Assembly: GCF_006345805.1 (NCBI RefSeq)
Contig: NC_043005.1
Coordinates: 89,652,001 to 89,716,000 of the forward strand
Reading direction: 5' to 3'
Source of the DNA: Octopus sinensis
Taxonomy: Eukaryota
Length of the DNA stretch: 64,000 nucleotides
Shown here: one piece after another, positions 40,835-52,705 of the stretch
Numbering within the stretch: position 1 is the first letter of the stretch
Layout: each line of letters begins with the position of its first letter
Made by a program: the position numbers and the translations under genes
The notes under the pieces: generated by a model
The model's database searches: none
Told to the model about the DNA's origin: nothing
Seen by the model: only the letters and a program-made list of their open reading frames with translations

Positions 40835-41507
40835 CATAGCCAGAACCAGCAGGTGTCGCTACTGACCGTCTGTTCGAAAATTTTATTTACCTAGTTACAG
40901 TGGAATACATCCACTTGTTTTCAATAATAGAAATATTAAAATTACTAAGTCTCTCTAAAGGAGATTACGCCAGCGTTACTGGGTATTAATAGTTATCGCC
41001 ATACTAATATGGCACTCTATAAATAAGACTAAAGCTGTCGCTGATTAGCTCCGAGAGGCCAGCGCCGCTAGCTAGCTATTTGACTCACGAACCTGCGTCC
41101 ATTACAACCTTCGAGCATAAATGTGTGTGCATCTGTATGCATGCCAGAGTGTATTTATTTTTTTACCCTTGTCTTGATGGCTGTAAACAAGCATCCCTGT
41201 TATACAAGCAGTGTTGTATGTGTTCCAGTCTGGTGTGGGAAAATACCTGGCCAAAAGGAACAATTATTTTGCCTATAGGTGACGGTTGGCAATGAATTCC
41301 ATCTGAGCCATGCAATTATGAAATGGTGGGGTTCGTTAAATGATGATGATAATGTGTCTGTGTGTACACAAGCATAGATATACATTAGACAGGAAGGTCA
41401 GATTCAATGATAATTTAGCTACTATCTTTAGCAGGTCAAGATAGAATCTGCAAGATTAAAATCATTGAAATTTAATGAATGCTTTAAACGCCTGCCATTT
41501 GCAATGG

Positions 41508-41950
41508 GGGCGGGTGTGGCTGTGTGGTAAGAAGATTGCTTCCCAATCACATGGTTTTGGGTTCAGTCCAACTGCATGGCACCTTGGGCAAGTGTCTTTT
41601 ACTATAACCTCGGGAGTCAATCAGATCTTCGTTAGTGGATTTGGTCGACGGAAACTGAAAGAAGCCTGTCGTGTGTATATATATATATATATATATATGT
41701 GTATATATTTACACATATCTATGTGTGTGTGTGTATTTTTATGTTGCTGTTTGTAACCTCCCCCCACCACCACTTGACCACTGGTGTTGGTGTGTTTATG
41801 TCCCTGTAACTTAGCAGTTTGGGAAAAGAGACTGATAGAATAAATACCAAGCTTGCAAAAAGAACCAAAGAAGTCCTGGGGTTGATTCATTTAACTAAAA
41901 GTACTTGAAAGCAATGCCCCAGCATGGCCACAATCTACTGACTGAAATAA
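41508..41950 (+). mobile_element. tRNA-derived SINE family B with internal microsatellite; other copies at ~10770-10930, 36546-36890 (two in tandem) and 51845-51995 (-)
   Basis: tggctgtgtggtaag (A box)...ggttcagtcc (B box)...ccttgggcaagtg...ggaaactgaaagaagcc; tail gccccagcatggccac..actgaaataaaa. Confidence 0.8.
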
Positions 41951-42088
41951 AAGATGGAAGATAAATAGCAATAAAAATGCAAACAAACCAACACCGTTCT
42001 CATTCTCGCCATCACTATATCTGCCTCATTTCCATTACTTGTGATTGCTTCCCCCTCCTCCTCTCATGTTATATTTCTTACTGTTCTG

Positions 42089-42123
<35 letters not shown>

Positions 42124-43890
42124 TCTTTTCCAAAGAGAAAGATAAGAAACACTGAATAAAGAAGAAAATAATATCTTTCTTTCTTTCTTTCGGTGCCATG
42201 TCCTGAATGTAGGACATGGGCAATCTTGTCCCTCCACCCTCCACGATTCCCTGTTCTTGGTTTTCTGTATAACCGTTCCACTTCTTCCTGATGTTTAACG
42301 TCTCGTTCTTCCAAACCAGTTCTTCCAGCTTCACATCCATAACATTCTTCTCCTTCTTCGCCTTCTTTTCCCTTCAATCTTTCCAGTCATCACTAAATTT
42401 TCCCTGGGCCCTCTTTCCTCATCACATGACCAAGAAGTCTCTGTTATTTGGCCCTTATCTCATGAAGCAGCATCCTATTTACTGCAGCCTCACTCGTCAC
42501 TTCTTCATTAGATACTTTGTCCGTGCTATCCTCAATATTTTCCTTAAGGATCACGTTTCACAGCTCTCCAAATACCTTAAACCATGCCCCCCCACAAATG
42601 TATTTTCCTGTTTTGCATTATCGACACCAACACTTGTTCACAAATTCATACATCTCTAATTTCGCGAAAGCTACTCTCACTCAACTATTTGTCTTTCTCT
42701 AACTTTGTCACTGACAGGCGATGGGTGCAGTTTGAGGGAGATTCGGTTCTTTTTTCTGAAAATAAATTCACAATTCTTCCTTCTACACCATTCTCTTTTA
42801 TATTTCGTTAATTAACATATTTTTACAGAATGAAAAGAAAAAAAAAAACATTAAAATTTATAAAACCTCAAATTATCAAGAGAGAAAAAAAACTCATAAC
42901 TCCCTCACCAAGAAAACAAAGAAAAGGAAACAGTGGTGATGGTGGGGGATTAAGCAGCAGAAAATGGTGGGTGGGGAGTAATAGGTTGTACATCCCAGAC
43001 CAAATGGCGTGTTTAGCCATGCCTGGTGGACATGGTTGCATAGAATTTTTTGCTACCCTAAAATTTATTAATTAATGTGTATATATATATATATATATAA
43101 ATACATATGTAAATTAAGATTTTATATCCTTGCAGATTGTCTCGGTTTCATTGGGTGAGTTTCTTCCTTTAGAATTGCATCCTTTTTAGTACTGGAAGGG
43201 AAGAAAGAAAGAAAGAGGAAAGAGCCAATCAGACATTTAGCAAAATAATGGTTAATAGTTGAAATATGATGATAATAGTGATGATGATGAGGAGGAGGAG
43301 AACGATATTGCTGTGGCTGATGATGCAGATGATGATGGGCAAGATGATGCAGATGATGATTAAGGTCCTAATTAAATCAATGATGTCATTGTTGCACAAA
43401 CTTTCCCTTCCACTGCTGTTGCTCCCGGGAGTTAGCTAGTCTCAGCTCACGTCCATCCAGGTATCACTGACTCACTCGTTTACCCCTCCTCTTTTCACTC
43501 CTACAGTGTCCACCCTTCATTGCCCTGCATTAAACTCTAGTGGCATTGCAAGGGCAGCCAACAAAAGGGGTCAAAGCAATCACATTGTGAGTAAGTGGGG
43601 AAAATGTGCTACTTTTATTTTTATATCTGTTATTTCTTAATTATTTCAAACATGAGAGTGTGGCCATGCTGGGGCAATGCCTCGAAGAATTTTAGTTGAA
43701 TGAATCGAACCCCGGAGTTTTTTCTTTTCTAGAGTCTGGTACATATTCTGTTGGTGTCCGTTTGTTGAACCACTAAGCAATGAAATTGTAAATACACCAG
43801 TGCTGGTTGTCAAAGAGTGGTAGAGGCGGGGGCAGAAACACAGACACAAACACACATACATATTCATATACATACATACATACATACATA

Positions 43891-43935
<45 letters not shown>

Positions 43936-44105
43936 TTTTAAATCTTTGAAATGTCTCAGCTTTAAAGCTGCACTCATGCAGACATACTTTGTAAATCCAA
44001 TAATGGTAGTCAACCAAAAACTACCCCATCTCTCTCGCTCTTTCTCTCTCTCTCCCCTCTCTTTCTCTCTATGTATATATAAATACATATATACATACAT
44101 ATATA

Positions 44106-44990
44106 TGGACCTAAGAAGCATCAGATGCGGTTTGAAAGAGAGACGACTGCACTGGTATGGTCATGTGGCGAGAATGGATGAGGATAGCTGTGTGAAAAAG
44201 TGCCACACCCTAGCGGTTGAGGGAACCTGTGGAAGAGGTAGACCCAGGAAGACCTGGGATGAAATGGTGAAGCACGACCTTCGAACATTAGGCCTCACCA
44301 AGGAAATGACTCACGACCGAGACTTTTGGAAATATGCTGTGCTCGAGAAGACCCGGCAAGCCAAATGAGACCTGTGGCCTATGCCAGGAGCGTAACCAGC
44401 CCGCTTATGCATACCTTTTCCTTCTTTGGTCACTAAACTCTGCTTGTGAAGACCTGTTGAGGCAAGTGAAATCAAAATCAAAATCAAATTCGACGATTGG
44501 CATCCATGCTAGCCGGGGGCAAGAGGGTGATCGTTGACAGAGTGGCTAACCGGCTTCCGTGGCAAGGCACATAAAAGGACACCATTCGAGTATGATCGTT
44601 ACCAGCGTCGCCATACTGGCACTTGTGCCCGTGCTAGTAGGGTACCAAGAGCACCATCAGAGCGTGATTGTTGCCAGAGCAGCCAACTGGCTCCGTGCTG
44701 GTGGCACGTAAAAGGGCACCATTCAAGCGTGATCGTTACCAATGTCGCCTTACTGGCACCTGTGCTGGTGGCATGTGTAAAAAGATTCGAGTGAGGTCAT
44801 TGCCAGTGGCACGTAAAAAGCACCCACTACACTCTCGGAGTGGTTGGCGTTAGGAAGGGCATCCAGCTGTAGAAACTCTGCCAGATCAAGATTGCAGCCG
44901 TCTGGTTCGCCAGCCCTCAGTCAAAATTGTCCAACAACCCATGCTAGCATGGAAAGCGGACGTTAAACGATGATGATGATGATGATGATA
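44106..44990 (+). mobile_element. RTE-clade LINE, 5'-truncated 3' end
   Basis: MDLRSIRCG..RRLHWYGHVARMDED..GRGRPRKTW; same 3' UTR family ending ggacgttaaacgatgatgat. Confidence 0.9.
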
Positions 44991-45015
44991 TATATATGTA
45001 TATATATATATATAT

Positions 45016-45208
45016 ATTAGTAATGCAATACTAGAGTATTGCTTTCCAGTAAAGAATAGCCCGTAAAGGAAAAATATACAAAGAAGTAAATATATGGCAC
45101 AACGAAGTACAGATTGCTTCGTTGTGCCATATATTTACTTCTTTGTATATTTTTCCCTCATGGGCTATTCTTTACTGGAAAGCAATACTCTAGTATTGCA
45201 TTACTAAT
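45016..45208. repeat. Inverted repeat, ~92-bp arms with a 9-nt loop
   Basis: attagtaatgcaatactagag...ggcacaacgaag tacagattg cttcgttgtgcc...ctctagtattgcattactaat. Confidence 0.92.
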
Positions 45209-45698
45209 TTATTGAAACTTCTTCACCGTTCTCGTGCTGTTAGCGTTTCGGCGTTTCAGTCGAGTGTAATGGCATTAATGTGGTAACATCTGAAATGTTG
45301 TCGTGGTATATGTTTGACTGATGAAGATAGATCAAGTTTATGGGTGCAGACATATCTTGAAAAATCTGAAACCTGCGCAGGTCCCACATCCTTTTCCAGG
45401 TATTTCATCTTTCAGATGTTCTCCCTGGAGGTAAGACAATTTCTTCTAGTTTGTTGCACACACGCATTTTTGCTAGTACATACGCGGTGAAGCTATACAT
45501 TAGCGTCGTATTATTACGTTCGCTATTTCCAGTAAATATCGGTACTTCGTTGTGCCATATATTTACTTTGTATATATATATATATATATATATACATACC
45601 ATATATCTTCCCATACAGATATCTATCTCTGTCTATCTATCTATCTATCTGTCTGTCTGTCTATCTTTTATCTATCTGTCTGTCTGTCTGTCTGTTTA

Positions 45699-45729
<31 letters not shown>

Positions 45730-45739
45730 TGCAGCTCGG

Positions 45740-46958
45740 CACCTGGAGAAGCAAGCCCATGCCACCCAACAGTGTCTCCATCGTGGGACACTGGACCGAC
45801 GGGCTAGTTAAATTGTTCAGGGTCTAGTTCGGACCTCAAAATGGAGAAGAACTGGGATGAGATAACGAGTAGGGTGGCCACTCTCACCCAACAGTGGGCT
45901 GAAAGGAAGCTATCCCTCAAGGGTCGGGCGGACCGTCATCTATTACCATCTGACCGTCATGCCTTGACCCTACCATCACCAAACTGGAACGCATACTCTT
46001 CCGCTTTTTGTGGAAGGGAAGTGTTCTGATGGTTATGCGATCCATTTGCTGTCAACACCCGCTAAGTGGAGGGGTGGGCATGCCGTGGTTGATGATGTGC
46101 AGACATGCGCTGTGACTGCAACATCTCCGGCGCTTCATAGGCGACGGTGAACAGCTGTGGTTGCCATTTGTGAGGCGCGCTTTCCCGAAACTCGTTTCTT
46201 TGGCCAAACTGCAGTCATGGATCAAACAGAGACTGAGGTTAGGTGAATGGCACCGCGAATGTCGCGTTGCTCTCAAGCAACTCTACCATCCAGGATCAAA
46301 CTTGTGCGACTCCATCACAACAAAGGCATTCTATAGAGAATTAGTGGAGGGAAGGTGCAACGACGTTCTCGAGGAGAATCTGGGCATCGACGAGGAACAC
46401 CTGACCCGCTTGTTCAGGACAACTTTCGGGCTGGGACCTATGGACAATCACCAGAGATCCCTGGCCTGGCAGTGCTATCGAGAAGCATTACCTGTTCGGG
46501 ATAAGCTCTACAGGCACGGTTCGAGATACACCGGATCGAGTTGCCCGAGATACGGTCAGAGCCTCTGGCCAATCGCTCATCATGAGAAAAAGAGGCAAGT
46601 TTTGTCTCCTGAGGGATTCAATAAAAGGTGGAAGAATGTAACAAAGATGGTACGCGTGATTGACGAAATCACTTTGAGCATGATCCTGTAAATCAAAAAA
46701 CACAGAGAGAGAGAGAGGGGAGGGCGCTTTGCTCTCATGTCTTTCTTTCCCTGCCCGAGGTTGCCGTGGTCTTTTTCGTAGGCTTTTCTTTCCACGGGTA
46801 AACCTAATCAGTTTTACATTTTCACTCCCGCTTATTTTGCTGTTTACACGCCCCAAACGCTTTCGATCCACTTTGATCGTATTTTTTTTCTTTCGAAAAG
46901 AAAAGTTCTACATTATATTGTCCCCTCTGTGTTCGGCCCTGTGTGGCTAATAAAGAAA
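45740..46958 (+). mobile_element. Tx1/L1-clade LINE ORF2 3' fragment inserted in a (TCTA/TCTG)n microsatellite
   Basis: NWDEITSRVATLTQQWAERKLSLKGRA; SLAWQCYREALPVRDKLYRHG..CPR (zf-RVT-like); ends ggctAATAAAga; tetranucleotide repeats on both sides. Confidence 0.8.
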
Positions 46959-47277
46959 CCTGTCTGTCTGTCTGTCCATCTATCTATCTGTCTGTTCGTC
47001 TGTCTGTCCGCCCGTCTGTCCGTATATCTATCTATCTATCTATCTATCTACCTTACGATCTAATTTTTTAAAAAAATTGGAGTCAACAAGAAGGAGCATA
47101 GCTGTGTTTCCTCAGGCGAAAGGTAAATATTGCCTCCACAAGTCCAAATTCTCAGCTTCAGGAGATCCTCACTCTCTGTCGTGGCCTGAAGTTAGTAGTA
47201 GCCAGTGAGTTTATCAAAAGATGTGTTTTTGCTGAAGGATCATTGGCAAACTTGCAAACGGTCCTACGTCAACAAAA

Positions 47278-50045
47278 TATCATTATCATCACTTAACGTC
47301 CGTTGTCCATGTTGGCATGGGGTGGACAGTTTGACCAGTGCTGCCAAGGCTCCACCAGGCTCCAGTCTGATTAGGCATGGTTTCTACAGCTGGATGCCCT
47401 TTCTAATGTCGACCACTGTAGAAGGGGTGCTTTTACGTGGCACCAGCACAGGTGCCATTTGCGTGACACCAGTATCTACCATTTTGCCTCTGTGAGGCCC
47501 AACGCTAGAAATGTGCTTTTTACGTTCCACTGGCACAGGTGCAAGTTATGTGGCACTAGTAGCGGCCACAACTACGATTTCACTTGGCTAGCTGATTATA
47601 TTGCCAACGTTCTCGGTCACCTGTCATTGGCTCTGTGAGGCCCAAACTTCAAAGATCATGCCTCACCACCTCGTCCCATGTCTTCCTGGGTTCCCTCCAC
47701 ACTTAGAGATCGGCACTTTTTATACAGCGGTTTCCATCCTTAAGCATCACATGATCATACCAGTGCAGTCGTCTTTCTTGTACACCACATCTGATGCCTC
47801 TTAAGTCCAACTTTTCTCTCAAGATGCTAACGCTCTGTCCAACATGAACACTGATGCTTCACATCCTGCGAAGCATACTGGCTTCATTTCTTTCAAGCCT
47901 ACGCATGTCCTTCGTTGTCGCAGCCATGTTTCACGGCCGTGTACCGTAGTTGTTTGCACACAGACATCAGAAAATCTGCTTTCACTCTGAGAGAGAGGCC
48001 TTTGTTGCTAGCAGAGGTAGGAGCTCTCTGAACTTTGTCCGACCTATTCTTATTCTCACAGCTACACTCTTAGAGCATCCACCTCCACTACTAACTTGGT
48101 CAGCTAGATAACGGAAGCTATCTACAACCTCTAGCTTACCCCCGATAGCTGTTGATGGAGTCTATTTTCTGTGCTTATTGCGCCTGTGCATCTTCCACAC
48201 ACAAAAAACCATTTTTCCCTGTTAACCTCCCCCCTGATATTGCTGCACCTCCTATGTGTCCATATCTCACATCAGGTACCCCTTATGCAGTTTCTACCCA
48301 CACCTTTCCTAAAGATTGAGCGGGGCCATCTACCTGAAGGGATTTGCGATATGTCTACCTTCCTTCTTACTAAGACTTTGGCTTTTGCCCGGTTAACTCT
48401 AAAGCCCTTCATTTCCAGTTCTTGCTTCCATGTATGAAACTTCTCTAGTTCTGGTAGTGATTTAGCTATAAGAACAAGGCTAGCATCATAGAGGAGCTCA
48501 CAGGGGCAGTCTGCCTAAAATTTCTCTGTTATTGCTTGGAGAACTATTGAATAAGAAGGAGCTGAGGAACGAATCTTGGTGACCCCCTACTTGTAGCCTG
48601 AATTCTTTGTTGTACTTGTTGCTAACTTTCACCTTACTGATAGTGTCCCTGTACATGGCTTGTACAGCTCACACCAACCACTCATCTGTCCCTAGTTTCT
48701 GCATTGACCACTAGATAAGGGATCAGGGGACCCTGTCAAAGGCTTTCTCCAAGTCAACGAAATCCAAGCCCAGATGTTTATCGTTGGCTATGCATTTCTC
48801 TTGCAGCTGCCTTACCAAAAATATAGCATCAGTAGTAATTCTGCCTGACACAAAACCAAACTGCATCATGTCTAAACTAACTCTCCCCCTAATTAGATGG
48901 GCTATGACTCTCTCCAGAACTTTCCTCACCTGATCCAACAATTTGATACCTCTGTAATTATTTCTAAAACGCCACCCTTTGCTTTGTAGCAGTTGACTAT
49001 GGTGCTGCTACACCAGTCATTGGGTATGACTCCTTTGTGAATCACCTGATTTTCAATATGGGCGACTAAACCATAACCCACACTGCCAGATATTTTAAGC
49101 CTCTCAGCGTCGATTCCTGATGGCTTTCCCTATTTTCATATGCTTAATTGCTTTATCTACCAAGGTACCGTCGATTCGGATTGCTGGTCCCTCAGTTGGG
49201 TCAACATTTGGTAGACTTTCCTCTTCCCATTCATTCTCCACATCAGTAGTCTTCCATAATGGCATTTTCAAGCCTTTTTCCTTCGCACAATCGCTAAATG
49301 CAAGTGAAGCATCATCCATGCAGACACATTTCTCTCCTATGGCATCCACAATTTTCTCTCACACACTGTCTTGCAATCCGAAACATCTCAAGTCTTTAAT
49401 CCTCACGTCGCTGAACATAGGCAAACTTCTTCTCTGCTTCTCTTCTGGCAAGATATACCTGTCTCCTAGCTTCTGGTTATTTCATACAGTTCTCTGCTAT
49501 CCCCACCCACTCTTCCAGGCCTGTTTCTTTGCTCTGATAGCCCTGTCAGCAGCATTATTCCACCACCGCGTCACCCAAAGTCTAGATAGGATTTTGCCCC
49601 AGCCGCAGATTTGGTCTCTGGCACTCAATAAGCTGTCCCGCAAGAATTCCCAATTGCCCTCTTTGTCACAAGTCTGTAATTCCTTCTTCCTTTCATCAAA
49701 TTTCTTAATTAGGATGATCATACGAAGGGTCCTTAAGCTTCCAGATCCTTCTTTTCCAGATTTGTCTTCTTCTTGGCATTCGTCTCACTTGGAGTCACTA
49801 ATGACTACTTTATGCTGGGGGGTACATTCTTCACCAGGAATGGTCTTTGCATTTAAGAGAAACCATGCACCCCGCTGTCTGATGAGAATATAATCGATCT
49901 GGCTAGCACAGTCACCTGATTGATAAGTTATCAGGTCGCTGGCTCCCTGAAATTGGTGTTGCAGATCAATAGGTTACTTGCATCGCAGAACTCACCTCTG
50001 CATTACAGGAACCGATTCCTTGACCACCATGTACACCATGGAAGG
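47278..50045 (-). mobile_element. Degraded RTE LINE (RT region plus 3' end)
   Basis: QFGFVSGRITTDAIFLVRQLQEK...FVDLEKAFDRVP (48723-48941); many frameshifts; RTE-type 3' UTR near 47280-47550. Confidence 0.88.
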
Positions 50046-50379
50046 CAAACTCAGTGGCCAAGACAGACAGATTGGAAGCTCTTAAAACTAAGAATTTTAA
50101 CTTATGGAGACAATATTTACATATCACCTGAGGAAACACAACTAGATCTCATAATGCAAGGAACGGTTGGCTAATCAATTACCAACACCTTTGGAAAACT
50201 ACGTTGCATGGTTACAATTGTAGTGATTGAAAATAAATGTACAACCGTACACCTTCGTTTTTCAGTTATCTATTCACACATGACAGATGCCCAAATGCAA
50301 GCCTAGAATTACGTATAATACTAGTACGGGATAGGACAGGGAGAAATCTGAAGGTGGACGAGCTTTATACTGTACTCTA

Positions 50380-50872
50380 CTATAACGAGTATAGTGAAGA
50401 ATTCCGAGTAGAAGTAGGGGTCCACCAAGTTTCAGTCCTTAGTCCCCTTCTATTCATCATAGTCCTCCAGGCAATAACTGAGGAATTCAAGATGGGTTGC
50501 CCCTGAAAGCTCCTCTATACTGATGACCTGGCCTTTATAGCAGAATCACTACCGGAACTAGAAAAGAAATTTCGGGTGTGGAAGCTAGGTTTAGGATTCA
50601 AAAGGCCTTAGAGTAAATGTAGCAAAGACCAAAGTTATAGTAAGCACAAAGGCGAACTCATCACCCCCACCTCAGGTAGGTGGCCCTGCTCGATCTGTAG
50701 AAAAGGTGTAGGTAGAAACTCCATACGAGGTACCCAGTGTAAGCTATGGACGCATAAGAGGTGCAGCAACATCAAAGGAAAAATTAACCTAGCTTTCGTG
50801 TGCAGCAGATGCACAGGGCCAATAGACACCATTGATACTCAGAAAACAAATTCTATCACACTCCAGGGGGAG
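50380..50872 (+). mobile_element. RTE LINE RT fragment
   Basis: YSEEFRVEVGVHQVSVLSPLLFIIVLQAITEEF..LLYTDDLA. Confidence 0.85.
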
Positions 50873-50939
50873 GTACTTTGGATGGGCTGGGGCTGCTATG
50901 TGAAGCTGGTGCAGGAAACAGCCATGAACTCACGTTATT

Positions 50940-51765
50940 TGTGGGTCTTCGCAGTCACAACATATCTCCAGAGATCTTGGTCTATCGTCATTACCTGTGT
51001 GGTCCAACGTTCGAAGGTCATGCTTGACCACCCCATCCAATGTCTTCCTGGGTCAACCTCTACCCTGGATTCCTTCAACTGTTTGGGAGTGGCACTTCTT
51101 CACATATCTCTCCTCATCCATCCGTAGTACATGACCATACCAGCGCAAGCGTCTCTCTTGCACGCCACATACAATGTTTCTTAGGTCCAGCATTTCTCTC
51201 GGGACGCTTACACTCTGTCGTATGTACTCACTGACATTACACATCCAGCAGATCATGCTAGCTTCATTTCTCTCAAGCCTACGCATGTCCTCTGCAGTCA
51301 CAGCCCATGTTTCACTACCGTGAAGCATGGCAGTTTGCACACATGCGTCGTACAATCTACCTTTCACTCTGAGCGAGAGACCCTTTGTCACCAGTAGGGG
51401 TAGAAGCTTTCTAAACTTTGTCCAGGCTATTCGTATTCTAGTGGTGACAATCTCTGTGCATCCACCTCCACTACTAACTTGGTCACCTAGGTAGCGGAAA
51501 CTATCAGCTACTTCTAGTTTCTATCCCTGGAGTGTGATGGAATCTGTTTTCTGAGTATCAATGGTGTCTATTGCCCCTGTGCATCTGCCGCACATGAAAG
51601 CTATCTTCTAGGTTAATTTTTCTTTGATGTTGCTGTACCTCTTATGCGTCCATAGCTTACACTGGGTACCTCGTATGCAGTTTCTACCTACACCTTTTCT
51701 ACAGATCGAGCAAGGCCACCTACCTGAGGGGGGCGGTGGTGATCAGTTCGCCTTCCTACTTACTA
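50940..51765 (-). mobile_element. RTE LINE C-terminal fragment
   Basis: LSLRVKGRLYDACVQTAMLHGSETW...RRLRWYGHVLRM. Confidence 0.85.
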
Positions 51766-51773
51766 GAACTGTG

Positions 51774-51845
<72 letters not shown>

Positions 51846-52254
51846 CAACAGGCTTCATTCAGTTTCCATCTACCAAAACCATTTATAAGGCTTTAGTTGG
51901 CCTGAGGCCACAGCAGAAAACACTTTCTCAAGGTGTCATGCAGCGGGACTGAACCTGAAACCATGTGGTTGGGAAGCAAACTTCTTACCACACAAACATT
52001 TCATTTGATTTTTCTTTTGGAATTTTGTGTCTCTAAGGACTTTGAGTCGAGAGCAACTGTCCTTTGGTCTTGCTCATGCTACAGCATTGCTAACCACAAC
52101 AGTTAATCTTTCCTTCCCAGGACGTTGTTCCAAAGCAACCTGCTTTGTTTTCTGGCCATTATCCCTCAATATTCAATTTGTCCTTCCGTTTTCTTTAAGG
52201 TGACAGGCTGTAATTTCTAGCAGGTCGAATGATTGATTCAGGGCTTGCTTCTTG

Positions 52255-52516
52255 GCTCATGATGATGATGATAATTACTACGTTACTGATGGTGATGGTT
52301 ATGATGATGATTATCACGACAACAATGATGATGATGATGATGGAAATGATGTCGAAAATGATAATGATGATGATGATAATTATATTGGCGATGGTAATAT
52401 TGATGACAATGATAATAATGATGATAACAAAGATGGTGATGATGATATTGATGATGATGATGACAATCACGATGCTACTATTGATGGTGATGATGATGAT
52501 GTTGACAAGGATGATG
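52255..52516. repeat. Degenerate (GAT)n trinucleotide tract just downstream of the SLC22 stop
   Basis: ~260 bp of gat/gac/aat triplets. Confidence 0.9.
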
Positions 52517-52537
52517 TTTAAATCACATGAGAGACAC

Positions 52538-52705
52538 CTACGCGAACTCCAGTTCTCCAGATTTGGTCAAATCACTGAAGTTGTCCATCATTTTCCGGTT
52601 GTTTGTTTCGGGTAACAACAATGACAATAGCCCCGCGATTATGGCAAGTGTTCCCATAAGAACCATCGGCAGTATTCGACCAAGCTTGCCAGAAACCAAA
52701 TCTGA
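52538..52705 (-). CDS. SLC22/Orct-like transporter, last TM exon (probably terminal)
   Basis: tttcag|SDLVSGKLGRILPMVLMGTLAIIAGLLSLLLPETNNRKMMDNF...ELEFA-TAG; LLPET signature. A gtaggt donor overlapping the stop could instead lead to one more short exon. Confidence 0.85.
   Translation of the reverse strand, partial: SDLVSGKLGRILPMVLMGTLAIIAGLLSLLLPETNNRKMMDNFSDLTKSGELEFA

Larger units (their letters stand above)
38376..41114 (-). repeat. Tandem array of 358-bp hammerhead-containing units (retrozyme-like), interrupted by an ORF1-only element
   Basis: Near-identical units at ~38376-38670, ~40226-40564, 40565-40922 and a partial unit at 40923-41114; period 358 nt. Confidence 0.9.

Noticed and set aside
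40226-41114. Regular repeats as a CRISPR array
   Set aside because: Units are 358 bp, contiguous and have no unique spacers; eukaryotic context; no cas genes
49120-49893. 257-aa ORF on +
   Set aside because: Antisense to a degraded RTE ORF; no recognisable motifs
52195-52521. Poly-Met, poly-Asp and poly-Ile ORFs
   Set aside because: Artefacts of a degenerate (GAT)n tract; no supporting splice structure
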